Assembly: GCF_000006765.1 (NCBI RefSeq)
Contig: NC_002516.2
Reading direction: 5' to 3' (one strand)
Origin: Pseudomonas aeruginosa PAO1
GTDB lineage: Bacteria; Pseudomonadota; Gammaproteobacteria; Pseudomonadales; Pseudomonadaceae
DNA length: 64,000 nt
Under the pieces are notes generated by a model. That model was not told the DNA's origin. It saw only the letters and a program-made list of their open reading frames with translations, and ran no database searches. A program made the position numbers and the translations under genes. The number at the start of each line of letters is the position of its first letter. Within the stretch, counting starts at the first letter, position 1. Shown here one piece after another: positions 38,366 through 48,736 of this stretch.

Positions 38366-39708
38366 TCCGTTCCCTGCGCATCCGTCTGATGCTCGGCGCC
38401 GCCGCCCTGGCGGTGCTGTTCATGCTGGCGCTGCTGCCGGCCCTGCAGCGGGCCTTCGGCATCGCCCTGGAGAACACCATCGAGCAGCGCCTGGCCGCCG
38501 ACGTGGCGACCCTGGTCTCGGCGGCGCGGGTGGAGAAGGGCCGCCTGGTGATGCCCGAGCACCTGCCGGTGGAGGAGTTCAACCTGCCGGAGGCCAAGGT
38601 CCTCGGCTATATCTACGACCAGAATGGCGATCTGCTCTGGCGCTCCACCTCGGCGGCCGACGAGTCGATCAACTACACGCCGCGCTACGACGGCCGCGGC
38701 AACGAATTCCACACCACCCGCGATGCGAAGGGCGAGGAGTTCTTCGTGTTCGACGTCGAGATCGACCTGCTGCGCGGCAAGCAGGCGGCCTACAGCATCG
38801 TCACCATGCAATCGGTCAGCGAGTTCGAGAGCCTGCTCAAGGGGTTCCGCGAGCAGCTCTACCTGTGGCTCGGCGGCGCCCTGCTGGTCTTGCTCGGGCT
38901 GCTCTGGCTGGGTCTGACCTGGGGCTTCCGGGCGATGCGCGGGTTGAGTTCCGAGCTGGACCAGATCGAATCCGGCGAGCGCGAGAGCCTGAGCGAGGAG
39001 CATCCGCGCGAGCTGCTGCGCCTGACCCACTCGCTTAACCGCCTGTTGCGCAGCGAGCACAAACAGCGCGAGCGCTACCGCCACTCCCTCGGCGACCTGG
39101 CGCACAGTCTGAAGACGCCGCTGGCGGTCTTGCAGGGGGTCGGCGACCAGCTCGCCGAGGAGCCCGGCAACCGCGAGCAGGTGCGGGTGCTACAGGGCCA
39201 GATCGAGCGCATGAGCCAGCAGATAGGCTATCAGTTGCAGCGCGCCAGCCTGCGCAAGAGCGGCCTGGTACGCCATCGCGAGCAACTGGCGCCGCTGGTG
39301 GAGACCCTGTGCGACGCGCTGGACAAGGTCTATCGCGACAAGCGGGTAAGCCTGCAGCGGGACTTCTCGCCGTCCTTCAGCGTGCCGGTGGAGCGCGGCG
39401 CGCTGCTGGAACTGCTCGGCAACCTGCTGGAGAACGCCTATCGCCTGTGCCTGGGCCGGGTCCGCGTGGGCGCCCGGCTGGGGCCGGGTTACTCGGAGCT
39501 GTGGGTCGAGGACGACGGTCCCGGAGTGCCTGCCGAACAGCGCGCACGAATCATCCGCCGCGGCGAGCGCGCCGATACCCAGCACCCGGGGCAGGGCATC
39601 GGCCTGGCCGTGGCGCTGGACATCATCGAGAGCTACGACGGCGAACTGAGCCTGGACGATTCCGAGCTGGGCGGCGCCTGCTTCCGCATACGTTTCGCTA
39701 CAGTCTGA
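38362..39708 (+). CDS. phoQ: Sensor kinase PhoQ
   Basis: LAHSLKTPL, NLLENA and GQGIGLA; overlaps the phoP stop. Confidence 0.96.
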   Translation: MIRSLRIRLMLGAAALAVLFMLALLPALQRAFGIALENTIEQRLAADVATLVSAARVEKGRLVMPEHLPVEEFNLPEAKVLGYIYDQNGDLLWRSTSAADESINYTPRYDGRGNEFHTTRDAKGEEFFVFDVEIDLLRGKQAAYSIVTMQSVSEFESLLKGFREQLYLWLGGALLVLLGLLWLGLTWGFRAMRGLSSELDQIESGERESLSEEHPRELLRLTHSLNRLLRSEHKQRERYRHSLGDLAHSLKTPLAVLQGVGDQLAEEPGNREQVRVLQGQIERMSQQIGYQLQRASLRKSGLVRHREQLAPLVETLCDALDKVYRDKRVSLQRDFSPSFSVPVERGALLELLGNLLENAYRLCLGRVRVGARLGPGYSELWVEDDGPGVPAEQRARIIRRGERADTQHPGQGIGLAVALDIIESYDGELSLDDSELGGACFRIRFATV

Positions 39709-39809
39709 GACTTGGCGGCCGTTCCCTACGTCTGAGGTGTTTCCGCGCTACGCTGAAGTCTGTTCGGCTGGCGCAGTTCCTTTGACGCAGGTACCGGGGA
39801 TTCGAGCGG

Positions 39810-42800
39810 ATGTTCAGTGGCAAAACCGACGACAGGGGCTTGTGGGCGGGCATCCAGGCCGGTGTGCTGTTCTTTCTCGCCGCCCTGGCCTGCATCTACC
39901 TGTCGCGCCAGCCCGCCACCATCGCTGCGATCTGGCTGCCCAACGCGATCCTCACCGCCGCCCTGCTGCGCGCGCCGCTGCGCCAGTGGCCGGCGATCCT
40001 GCTCTGCTCCGCCGTGGCCAACCTGGCGGCCAACCGCCTGTATGGCGACAGCCTGTGGATGAGCGCGGCGTTCCTGCCGGCCAACCTGAGCGAAGCGATC
40101 TTCGCCGCGATGCTGTTACGCATCAACCGGGTGCGCGAGGACTTCGAATTCAACCTGCATTCGGCGGTTCGCGTGCTCTGGGCCGGCGCGCTGATTCCGC
40201 CCTTGCTCGGCGCCTCGGTGGGCGCGGTGCTGGTCAGCGTCTTCGGCATGGGGCGTTTCCCGGAAATGTGGGCGCGCTGGTACGTGGGCGATGCGATGGG
40301 CATGCTCGCGCTGCTGCCGTTATGCATGGCCAGCAACCTGGCGGCCTGGCGTCACGCTCTGTCGGGGCGGGCGGGAGTGGACAACGCGATGCTCCTGCTG
40401 GTGACCCTGGTGATCAGCTTCGTGGCCCTGACGCGCCTGCCCTACGCCTTCATCTACGTGCTCCTGCCGCTGCTGGTGGCCGCCGCCAGCACCAGCGTGT
40501 TCGGTACCGCGCTGATCGGTTGCCTGAACACCTGTTTCATCGCCGTGCTGATCGCCCTCGGCGTGTTCCTCCCCGAGTCGTCCCAGCAGCGTTTCGGCGA
40601 GCCGCTGCTGTACCTGCCGATGGCCTTGACCCTCATTCCCGCCTTCCTGGTCTCGGTGATCATGGAGCGCAGCCGCCGCGAGCAGCATCAGGTGGCCATC
40701 GGCGAGGCGCAGTTCCGCGGCGCCATGGAATTCTCGGCGATCGGCATGGCCCTGGTGTCGCTGGAGGGGCGGCTGTTCAAGGTCAACGAGGCGCTGTGCC
40801 GGATGCTCGGCTATTCCGCCGAACGCCTGGGCGAGCTGTCGTTCCAGGAGATCACCTATGTGGACGACCTGGAACTGGACCTCGACCTGGTGCGCGACCT
40901 GCTCGCCGGGCGTATCAACTCCTACCAGATGGAGAAGCGCTACCTGCGCCAGGACGGCGAAACCTTCTGGGCGCGCATCAGCGTGTCGCTGGTGCGCGAC
41001 GAGGAGGGAGTCGCCCAGTACTTCGTCACCCAGGTGGAGGATATCGACAGTCGCAAGCGTGCCGAGCTGGAGCGCGAGCGCCTCGCCGAACGGATCAAGC
41101 TGGCCACCGACGCCGGGCAGATCGGCATCTGGGAGTGGGACCTGGCGCGCAACCGCCTGCACTGGGATTTCCGCATGTTCGACCTGTACGGCATCCGCAG
41201 CGGTCCCGGGGAGACCACGGTGGAGCAGTGGAAGGCGAGCCTGCATGCCGAGGATCACGACCGCGTGCTGCGCGAGCTGGAGCGCGCCGTCAGCGGGTTG
41301 CAGAAATTCGACTGCGAGTTCCGTATCGTCCGCCCCAACCGCGAGGTTCGCCACCTGCGGGCGATCGCCACGCTGACGCGCGACGCGGACAACCGTCCGG
41401 TGCGGATGATCGGCATCAACAGCGACATCACCGAGATCCGCACCCTGGCGGAAACCCTGCACGAGGAAAAGGAACGCCTGCAGGTGACCCTGTATTCCAT
41501 CGGCGATGCCGTGTTGACCACCGACGCCGGCGGCCGCGTGACCTTCATGAACCCGGTGGCCGAGGCGATGACCGGCTGGACCTTGCAGGACGCCATCGGC
41601 GCGCCCCACGAACTGGTCTTCAACGTGCTCGACAGCGACACCGGCGAGGCCCTGGAAAGCCCGGTGCGACGCTGCCTGCAGAACACCCGGGTGTTCTACC
41701 TGGAGGACGGCGCCACGCTGATCAGCCGCAAGGGCGAGCAGCACGATATCCAGAATTGCGCGGCGCCGGTGCGCACCCGCGATGGCGAGATCATCGGCAC
41801 CGTGCTGGTGTTCCAGAACGTCACCAAGGCCCGGGCGATGCAGCGCGAGCTGAGCTATCACGCCTCCCACGATGCCCTCACCGGGCTGTTCAACCGCACC
41901 AAGTTCGAGGAGGAGCTGCAACGCGCCCTGGCCAACGCCCAGGAGCGGGCGACCCAGCATGCGCTGTGCTTTATCGACCTCGACCGCTTCAAGGTGGTCA
42001 ACGATTCCGCCGGGCACGCGGCGGGCGACATGCTGCTGCGCGAGCTGAGCCGGATTCTCGCCGACCGCACCCGCGCCTCCGACACCCTGGCGCGGCTGGG
42101 CGGCGATGAGTTCGGCCTGCTGCTGTTCGATTGCGACCTGGCGGAGGCGGAGCAGGTGGCGAGCAAGCTCATCGAGCAGATCTGCTCGGTGCGCTTCCCC
42201 TGGGAAGGGCGGCTCTACGACGTGGGCGCGAGCATCGGCATCACCGCCCTTACCGCCACCTCGCGCAGCACCAGCGAACTGATGAGCCAGGCCGACGTGG
42301 CCTGCTACGCGGCCAAGCATGCCGGGCGCAACCGGGTCTCGGTGTACCAGTTCGGCCATGAGGAAGTGGAGCGCCAGCACCGCGACATACTCCTCGCCAG
42401 CGGGCTGCGCGAGGCCCTGGAGAACGACCGCTTCCAGTTGCAGGCGCAGGAGATCGTCCCGGTCGGCCCCCGCCGCGACGGCGACCGGCACTACGAGCTG
42501 CTGCTGCGACTGTACGATCCGGATGGCCAGATGACTCCGCCGGGCGCCTTCATCCCGGCCGCCGAGCGCTTCAACCTGATGGCCAGCATCGACCGCTGGG
42601 TGATCAACGAGGCGCTGATCAACTTCGGCGCGCGGATCGCCGCGGTGGAGGGCCTGAGCATCGGCATCAACCTGTCCGGCAACTCGCTCAACGACCCGCT
42701 GTTCCTGCCTTACCTGCTGGATCGCATCGAACACTCGCCGCTGAGGCCGGAGCGCCTGTACTTCGAGCTGACCGAGACGGCGTTGATGAACCAGTTGTCG

Positions 42801-43172
42801 GTGGCTTCGCGGATCGTCGCCAAGCTGCGCGACCTCGGCTGCAAGGTGGCGCTGGACGACTTCGGCTCCGGCCTGAGTTCCTTCAATTACCTGAAGAATT
42901 TCGTCGTCGACGTGATCAAGATCGACGGCAGCTTCGTCCGCAACCTGGACAAGAGCCCGGTGGACCAGGCCATCGTCGACTCCATCAACCAGATCGCCCA
43001 CCGCCTGGGCGCGGTGACTGTGGCCGAGTTCGTCGAGAGCCGGGAAATCCTCGATCACCTGGCGCGCCTCGGGGTGGATTTCGCCCAGGGCTACGCGGTC
43101 GGGCGGCCGCAGCCGTTCGCCACGGTGCTCGACCAACTGCGCAGCGGGCTTCGTCGCCAGGAGTTGGGCTGA
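39810..43172 (+). CDS. MASE1-PAS x3-GGDEF-EAL c-di-GMP protein (YegE/DgcE-like)
   Basis: N-terminal TM region, PAS/PAC repeats, RASD I-site, GGDEF, ELLLR and DDFGSG. Confidence 0.92.
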   Translation: MFSGKTDDRGLWAGIQAGVLFFLAALACIYLSRQPATIAAIWLPNAILTAALLRAPLRQWPAILLCSAVANLAANRLYGDSLWMSAAFLPANLSEAIFAAMLLRINRVREDFEFNLHSAVRVLWAGALIPPLLGASVGAVLVSVFGMGRFPEMWARWYVGDAMGMLALLPLCMASNLAAWRHALSGRAGVDNAMLLLVTLVISFVALTRLPYAFIYVLLPLLVAAASTSVFGTALIGCLNTCFIAVLIALGVFLPESSQQRFGEPLLYLPMALTLIPAFLVSVIMERSRREQHQVAIGEAQFRGAMEFSAIGMALVSLEGRLFKVNEALCRMLGYSAERLGELSFQEITYVDDLELDLDLVRDLLAGRINSYQMEKRYLRQDGETFWARISVSLVRDEEGVAQYFVTQVEDIDSRKRAELERERLAERIKLATDAGQIGIWEWDLARNRLHWDFRMFDLYGIRSGPGETTVEQWKASLHAEDHDRVLRELERAVSGLQKFDCEFRIVRPNREVRHLRAIATLTRDADNRPVRMIGINSDITEIRTLAETLHEEKERLQVTLYSIGDAVLTTDAGGRVTFMNPVAEAMTGWTLQDAIGAPHELVFNVLDSDTGEALESPVRRCLQNTRVFYLEDGATLISRKGEQHDIQNCAAPVRTRDGEIIGTVLVFQNVTKARAMQRELSYHASHDALTGLFNRTKFEEELQRALANAQERATQHALCFIDLDRFKVVNDSAGHAAGDMLLRELSRILADRTRASDTLARLGGDEFGLLLFDCDLAEAEQVASKLIEQICSVRFPWEGRLYDVGASIGITALTATSRSTSELMSQADVACYAAKHAGRNRVSVYQFGHEEVERQHRDILLASGLREALENDRFQLQAQEIVPVGPRRDGDRHYELLLRLYDPDGQMTPPGAFIPAAERFNLMASIDRWVINEALINFGARIAAVEGLSIGINLSGNSLNDPLFLPYLLDRIEHSPLRPERLYFELTETALMNQLSVASRIVAKLRDLGCKVALDDFGSGLSSFNYLKNFVVDVIKIDGSFVRNLDKSPVDQAIVDSINQIAHRLGAVTVAEFVESREILDHLARLGVDFAQGYAVGRPQPFATVLDQLRSGLRRQELG

Positions 43173-43175
43173 GCT

Positions 43176-44177
43176 TCAGGCTTCCGCCTGGTGCCGGTAC
43201 GCGCCGGGGGTGAGGCCGGTCCACTTCTTGAACGCGCGATGGAAGGCCGAGGGCTCGGAAAAGCCGAGCTGCTCGGCGATGTCCTGGATCGACAGCTCGT
43301 CCCGACCCAGGTGGTAGATCGCCAGGTCGCGCCGCAGGTGGTCCTTGAGTTGCTGGAAGCTGCCGCCTTCCTCGCGCAGGTGGCGTCGCAGGGTCTGCGA
43401 ACTCATGTGCAGTTGGCGGGCGACCTGGTCGAGGTCCGGCCAGCGCCGGCAGTCGCGGCCGAGCAGGCGGCGGATCTGGCTGGTCAGGCTGTCGCCGCCG
43501 TCCGGGCGCGCCAGCAGGTCGGCGGGAGAGTGCTGGAGGAACTGCTTGAGGGTGCGTTCGTCCTGCAGCAGCGGCATGCCCAGGTAGCGGGCGGCGAACA
43601 GCAGGCTGGTGCAGCCGGCGGAAAACCGCCGGGGGCAGGGAAACAGTAGGTCGTACTCGGCCTGGTGGTCCGGCGCCGGGTAGCTGAAGGTGGCTTCCTC
43701 CAGGCGGATGCGCTGGCCGATCAGCCAACTGGCGAGGCGGTGCCAGATCACCAGCAGGCTTTCGGCGAGAAAGTGATCCGGGTCCGACAGGTGGCGTTCC
43801 TCGAGGCTCAGGCGCACCAGGTCGCCGTCGCGCCGCAGGTGGATCAGCGGCGCCTGGGGGAACAGGCCGTAGAACAGTTCGCCGCGCTGCAGGGCCTTTT
43901 CCAGGGTCCGGCAATGAATCAGGGTGTGGCACATCATGGCGAAGGTGCCGCGCTTGCTGCGGACTTCGCCGAAGCCCATGTATTCGTCGTCCAGCACTTC
44001 CCAGAGCAACTGCATCAGGCGGGTGAACTGCTCCGGCGCGATGCGTGCCCGCGGTTCGTCCAGCAGGGCCGGCTGGATGCCGGCGCGACGCAGCAGGGCG
44101 GGGCCGTCCAGGCCTTGGCGCGTGGCCCCGCGCAACGCGGCGCGGACGAAATGGCTGGCGATGGTGCGCTCACGCAT
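43176..44177 (-). CDS. AraC-family regulator (OruR-like)
   Basis: MRERTIASH...; C-terminal double HTH (LGFSEPSAFHRAFKKWTG). Confidence 0.9.
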   Translation of the reverse strand: MRERTIASHFVRAALRGATRQGLDGPALLRRAGIQPALLDEPRARIAPEQFTRLMQLLWEVLDDEYMGFGEVRSKRGTFAMMCHTLIHCRTLEKALQRGELFYGLFPQAPLIHLRRDGDLVRLSLEERHLSDPDHFLAESLLVIWHRLASWLIGQRIRLEEATFSYPAPDHQAEYDLLFPCPRRFSAGCTSLLFAARYLGMPLLQDERTLKQFLQHSPADLLARPDGGDSLTSQIRRLLGRDCRRWPDLDQVARQLHMSSQTLRRHLREEGGSFQQLKDHLRRDLAIYHLGRDELSIQDIAEQLGFSEPSAFHRAFKKWTGLTPGAYRHQAEA

Positions 44178-44331
44178 GGCGGCGTCCTTGTTGTTGGAAC
44201 GGCGATGGTAGGGCGCCACCCGGAAGACGACAAGGGTGGTGGCGGACTCCCGCCATGCTCGCGCGGCACAGCCGGCCCGCCGGGCGGTAATCCGCCACGC
44301 TTAGCCCGCTATGCAATTTTCATTTATTATT

Positions 44332-44391
44332 TAACTTGTTGATATATAAGGATTTTATTTAGATAAAGAGCATCCTGGCACAGCCTCTGCA
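44332..44391 (+). promoter_or_regulatory. IHF site and sigma-54 promoter of dctA
   Basis: Reverse complement TATCAACAAGTTA (44332-44344) fits WATCAANNNNTTR; TGGCAC-AGCCT-CTGCA at 44376-44391 fits -24/-12. Confidence 0.8.
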
Positions 44392-44512
44392 ATGCCTGGG
44401 CAAGGTTCCGCCGCGGCGGTTCACGACAAAAAATCTCCCCAGCAAGGGGGGTAACGCTACCGGTGAGCGCGTTCCAGGGAACTGGCGAAGCGCCCCCGTG
44501 AGGACTCTGCCC

Positions 44513-45823
44513 ATGACCAAACAACCCTTCTACAAGAGCCTGTACGTGCAGGTTCTGGTCGCCATCGCCATCGGTATCGCGCTCGGCCACTGGTACCCGG
44601 AAACGGCGGTGGCGATGAAGCCGTTCGGCGACGGCTTCGTCAAACTGATCAAGATGGCCATCGCGCCGATCATCTTCTGCACCGTGGTCACCGGCATCGC
44701 CGGCATGCAGAGCATGAAGTCGGTCGGCAAGACCGGCGGCATGGCGCTGCTGTACTTCGAGGTCGTCTCCACCGTGGCCCTGATCATCGGCCTGGTAGTG
44801 GTCAACGTGGTCCAGCCGGGCGCCGGCATGCACGTCGACCCGAACACCCTCGACACCAGCAAGATCGCTGCCTACGCCGCTGCCGGCGAGAAGCAGAGCA
44901 CCGTCGACTTCCTGATGAACGTGATCCCCGGCACCGTGGTCGGCGCGTTCGCCAACGGCGACATCCTCCAGGTCCTGTTCTTCTCCGTGCTCTTCGGCTA
45001 CGCCCTGCATCGCCTGGGCAGCTACGGCAAGCCGGTGTTCGAGTTCATCGAGCGCGTCTCCCACGTGATGTTCAACATCATCAACGTGATCATGAAGGTC
45101 GCCCCGATCGGCGCGTTCGGCGCCATGGCCTTCACCATCGGCGCCTACGGCGTGGGTTCGCTGGTGCAGCTCGGCCAACTGATGCTGTGCTTCTACATCA
45201 CCTGCATCCTGTTCGTGCTCATCGTCCTCGGCGGCATCGCCCGCGCCCACGGCTTCAGCATCCTGCGCTTCATCAGGTACATCCGCGAGGAACTGCTGAT
45301 CGTGCTGGGCACCTCGTCTTCCGAGTCGGCTCTGCCGCGGATGATCGACAAGATGGAGAAGCTCGGCTGCAACAAGTCGGTGGTCGGCCTGGTGATTCCC
45401 ACCGGTTACTCCTTCAACCTCGACGGCACCTCGATCTACCTGACCATGGCCGCGGTGTTCATCGCCCAGGCCACCGATACGCCGATGGACATCACCCACC
45501 AGATCACCCTGCTGCTGGTGCTGCTGATCGCTTCCAAGGGCGCCGCCGGCGTCACCGGCAGCGGCTTCATCGTGCTCGCCGCGACCCTTTCCGCCGTCGG
45601 CCACCTGCCGGTCGCCGGCCTGGCGCTGATCCTCGGCATCGACCGCTTCATGTCCGAAGCCCGCGCGCTGACCAACCTGGTCGGCAACGGCGTGGCCACG
45701 GTAGTGGTTTCCAAGTGGTGCAAGCAGCTCGACGAGGGCACCTTGCAGCGCGAACTGGCCGGCGAGGGCAACGCTTCGTCGCCTGCCAGCGATATTCCGG
45801 TGGGCGGCCGCGAAGCGGTCTAA
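44513..45823 (+). CDS. dctA: C4-dicarboxylate transporter
   Basis: [24 protein letters not shown] and GIDRFMSE motifs. Confidence 0.97.
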   Translation: MTKQPFYKSLYVQVLVAIAIGIALGHWYPETAVAMKPFGDGFVKLIKMAIAPIIFCTVVTGIAGMQSMKSVGKTGGMALLYFEVVSTVALIIGLVVVNVVQPGAGMHVDPNTLDTSKIAAYAAAGEKQSTVDFLMNVIPGTVVGAFANGDILQVLFFSVLFGYALHRLGSYGKPVFEFIERVSHVMFNIINVIMKVAPIGAFGAMAFTIGAYGVGSLVQLGQLMLCFYITCILFVLIVLGGIARAHGFSILRFIRYIREELLIVLGTSSSESALPRMIDKMEKLGCNKSVVGLVIPTGYSFNLDGTSIYLTMAAVFIAQATDTPMDITHQITLLLVLLIASKGAAGVTGSGFIVLAATLSAVGHLPVAGLALILGIDRFMSEARALTNLVGNGVATVVVSKWCKQLDEGTLQRELAGEGNASSPASDIPVGGREAV

Positions 45824-45873
45824 GCTCAAACCTGTTCGGCAGGGGGAAGTGAAGAGCTCCCTGCCGCCCTTCG

Positions 45874-45899
45874 AACCCGCCCTCGTGGCGGGTTTTTTT
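45874..45899 (+). terminator. Intrinsic terminator after dctA
   Basis: AACCCGCC-CTCGT-GGCGGGTT-TTTTT. Confidence 0.8.
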
Positions 45900-46788
45900 A
45901 TGCCTCGGCGGCGGCCTGCTCGCGCAGCCAGGCGAGGAACAGCGAGAGGGGCGCTCGTTGCGCCGCTCCTGGCAGGCTCACCGCGTAATAGGCGAAGCGG
46001 CTCGGCCAGGGCCGCTCGAGGGCGACCGCCAGGCGGCCGCTGGCGATCTCGGCGCGGGCATGGATCTCCCGTACCAGCGCGATACCCTGGCCGGCCTCGG
46101 CGGCGCGAACCAGCAGCAGGTCGTCGGCGAAAGCCGGACCTCTCTCGCTGCGCGGGTCGTCCTCCACCCCCATCGCCCGCAGCCACAGGCGCCAGTCATT
46201 GCGCTCCGACTCCTGCAACAGTGGGTAGGCCAGGCAATCGATCGCTTCGCGGATCTCAGGACCTTCCGCCAGCAGGCGCGGGCTGGCCACCGGGATCAGC
46301 GGCGGGGCCATCAGTGCCTGCACGTCGAGTCCGGGGTAGTCGCCGAGCCCGTGGCGGATGGCGACGTCGATTCGTTCCCGGCGCAGGTCGGCGAGCAGTG
46401 CCGTAGCCTCCACGCGGACTTCCACCTGCGGGTGCGACGCGCTGAATTGACCGAGGCGCGGCACCAGCCAGGTGGCGGCGAAGGAGGGCTCGGTGCTGAC
46501 CGTGAGGGTCTGGCGGGCATTGATCGCCTCCAGCTGGGCAAGGCTCGCGGTGATCTGCTCGAAGGCCTGGCGGAGGCCGGGATAGACCTGCTCGCCCTCC
46601 GGCGTCAGGCGCATGCCATGGCTGAAGCGCTGGAACAGGACGACGCCGGTGCGCGCCTGCAGAGCCCTGAGCTGCTGGCTTACCGCGCCGGGAGTGACGC
46701 CCATGGCCGCGGCCGCGCGGGTGAGATTGCCATGGCGGGCGGTTTCGACGAAAGCGCGTAGCGCGAGAAGCGGGAGGACGGCACCCAT
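45898..46788 (-). CDS. LysR regulator (GcvA-like)
   Basis: LPLLALRAFVETARHGNLTRAA...VSQQLRAL HTH; start set at 46788. Confidence 0.9.
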   Translation of the reverse strand: MGAVLPLLALRAFVETARHGNLTRAAAAMGVTPGAVSQQLRALQARTGVVLFQRFSHGMRLTPEGEQVYPGLRQAFEQITASLAQLEAINARQTLTVSTEPSFAATWLVPRLGQFSASHPQVEVRVEATALLADLRRERIDVAIRHGLGDYPGLDVQALMAPPLIPVASPRLLAEGPEIREAIDCLAYPLLQESERNDWRLWLRAMGVEDDPRSERGPAFADDLLLVRAAEAGQGIALVREIHARAEIASGRLAVALERPWPSRFAYYAVSLPGAAQRAPLSLFLAWLREQAAAEA

Positions 46789-46989
46789 GAATTCAGTTTT
46801 TCTATAAACAGGTTGTAGAAAGGATCGTTTTTCATCCGCCGACCTGGGCTTCAGCATGTGTGGCGAAACGAGAGACTTTAGCCTAGCTGCTTTCTTCGGT
46901 GTGCGGGAAGCGGCCGAGGCGGTTTCCCCGGTCGGCGCCGCCCCCATCGCCCAGGCGCCGGATAGTCCAGCGCTGCAAGGATACTTTCC

Positions 46990-47619
46990 ATGCCTTCCCT
47001 CCAGCTCTACAGCGACAGTTCACCCAACGGATTCAAGATCACCATCGCCCTCGAGGAACTGGGGCTGCCCTACGCACTGCACCACGTTCGCATCGACCAT
47101 GGCGAGCAACGCCGCCCGGAATTCCTGCGCCTGAATCCACATGGCCGGATACCGGTGCTGGTAGACCGGGCCGCCGGCATCACCCTGTTCGAGTCGGCGG
47201 CGATCCTGCAGTACCTGGCGGAGACCAGCGGGCGGTTGCTTCCCGACGCCCCCCGGGAACGCTGGGAGGCCCTGACCTGGCTGACTTTCCATGCTTCCAG
47301 CATGGGGCCCATCCTCGGCCAGCGCGTGCATTTCGAGATATTCGCCGAAGAGCGGTACCCGCCGGCCATCGAACGCTATCGGCGGCTCTCCGAGGAGGTT
47401 TTCGCCACCCTCGACCAGCGCCTGGCCGGACGGCCCTGGCTGGCCGGTGAGCAATACTCCATCGCCGATATCGCCACCTTCGGCTGGACCCATACGGCGC
47501 GGATCGTCGACTTCGACTTCAGCCATTATCGCCACCTGGACGACTGGCACCGGCGCATGGCCCTGCGGCCTGCGGTGCAGCGCGGGATCCTCCTGCCGGA
47601 ACCGGCGGTGGGTCCATGA
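46990..47619 (+). CDS. Glutathione S-transferase (YfcG-like)
   Basis: SPNGFKITIALEE, NPHGRIP, LFESAAIL and YSIADIA. Confidence 0.92.
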   Translation: MPSLQLYSDSSPNGFKITIALEELGLPYALHHVRIDHGEQRRPEFLRLNPHGRIPVLVDRAAGITLFESAAILQYLAETSGRLLPDAPRERWEALTWLTFHASSMGPILGQRVHFEIFAEERYPPAIERYRRLSEEVFATLDQRLAGRPWLAGEQYSIADIATFGWTHTARIVDFDFSHYRHLDDWHRRMALRPAVQRGILLPEPAVGP

Positions 47620-48635
47620 GCGCCCTGCTGCAAGGCGCCTCGGCGCCGGCCTTCGTCGGGCACCCTGGCTATCGGCGCATGTTCGCCGCAGACGCGCTGA
47701 CCCTGGGCCTGTTCCTGCCGTTGCGTTTCTACCAGGGCGACATGCGGGTGCTGCTGGGCCAGGCGCGGTTGGTCGAAGAAATCGATCGACTGGGATTCGC
47801 CGCCGTCTGGGTACGCGACGTACCGCTGTTCGACCCACGCTTCGGCGATGCCGGACAAGTGTTCGACCCGTTCACCTACCTTGGCTATCTGGCCGCGCGG
47901 ACCCGCCGTATCGCCCTGGCCACCGGCAGCGCGGTGCTTGCCCTGCGCCAACCGGTCGACCTGGCCAAGGCCGCGGCGAGCGTCGACCGGTTGTCCGGCG
48001 GACGCCTGGTGCTGGGCCTCGCCTCCGGCGACCGGCCGGTGGAGTTCCCCGCCTACGGGTTGGAGCATGCTCAGCGCGGCGAGCGGTTCGCCCAGGGCCT
48101 GGACTACCTGCGCCAACTGCTGCACGGCTGCCGGCACGTCGCCTCGCCGCTCGGTACGCTGGACGACGCCGAACTGTTGCCGCGTCCGCCGGCCGGCGCC
48201 ATCCCGCTGGTCGTCACCGGCTCCGCGCGGCAGCCGGCGGACTGGCTGGCACGCCAGGCGGATGGCTGGCTGACCTATCCGGAGTCGACTGTCGATGCGT
48301 CCGGACCACGTCGCCTGGCCCGGAAGATCCGCGCCTGGAGGATGTCCATCGCGGACGGCGGGTTCCGCCCGCACATGACCAACGAATGGCTGGACCTGGT
48401 GGACGACCCGGCGTATCCGCGTACGCCGTTGCACGGCGGCTACGTCCTGCGCACCGGGCGCAACGGCCTGATCGAGCTGCTCGGCGAATGGCGTGCGGCG
48501 GGCGTCAACCATGCCGCCCTGGGCATCCAGTTCGCCGCCAGGCCGGCAGCGGAAGTCATCCAGGAACTGGCCGAGGAGGTGCTGCCGCTGTTCCCGTCCC
48601 ACCCGGGCGTGCAGCCGGCGAGCATGGACTGGTAG
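47616..48635 (+). CDS. Luciferase-like monooxygenase (LLM class)
   Basis: GFAAVWVRDVPL, LSGGRLVLGLASGDRPVEF; ATGA overlap with the GST gene. Confidence 0.88.
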   Translation: MSALLQGASAPAFVGHPGYRRMFAADALTLGLFLPLRFYQGDMRVLLGQARLVEEIDRLGFAAVWVRDVPLFDPRFGDAGQVFDPFTYLGYLAARTRRIALATGSAVLALRQPVDLAKAAASVDRLSGGRLVLGLASGDRPVEFPAYGLEHAQRGERFAQGLDYLRQLLHGCRHVASPLGTLDDAELLPRPPAGAIPLVVTGSARQPADWLARQADGWLTYPESTVDASGPRRLARKIRAWRMSIADGGFRPHMTNEWLDLVDDPAYPRTPLHGGYVLRTGRNGLIELLGEWRAAGVNHAALGIQFAARPAAEVIQELAEEVLPLFPSHPGVQPASMDW

Positions 48636-48736
48636 CTGACCGATTCGGTCAACCGAGCCTGAGCGCTCGCGTCATTGAGGGCGCCGGCCGGCGCCGCCTA
48701 CCCTGCGGAACCACTGACCGCAGGGAGTCCCCGTAC

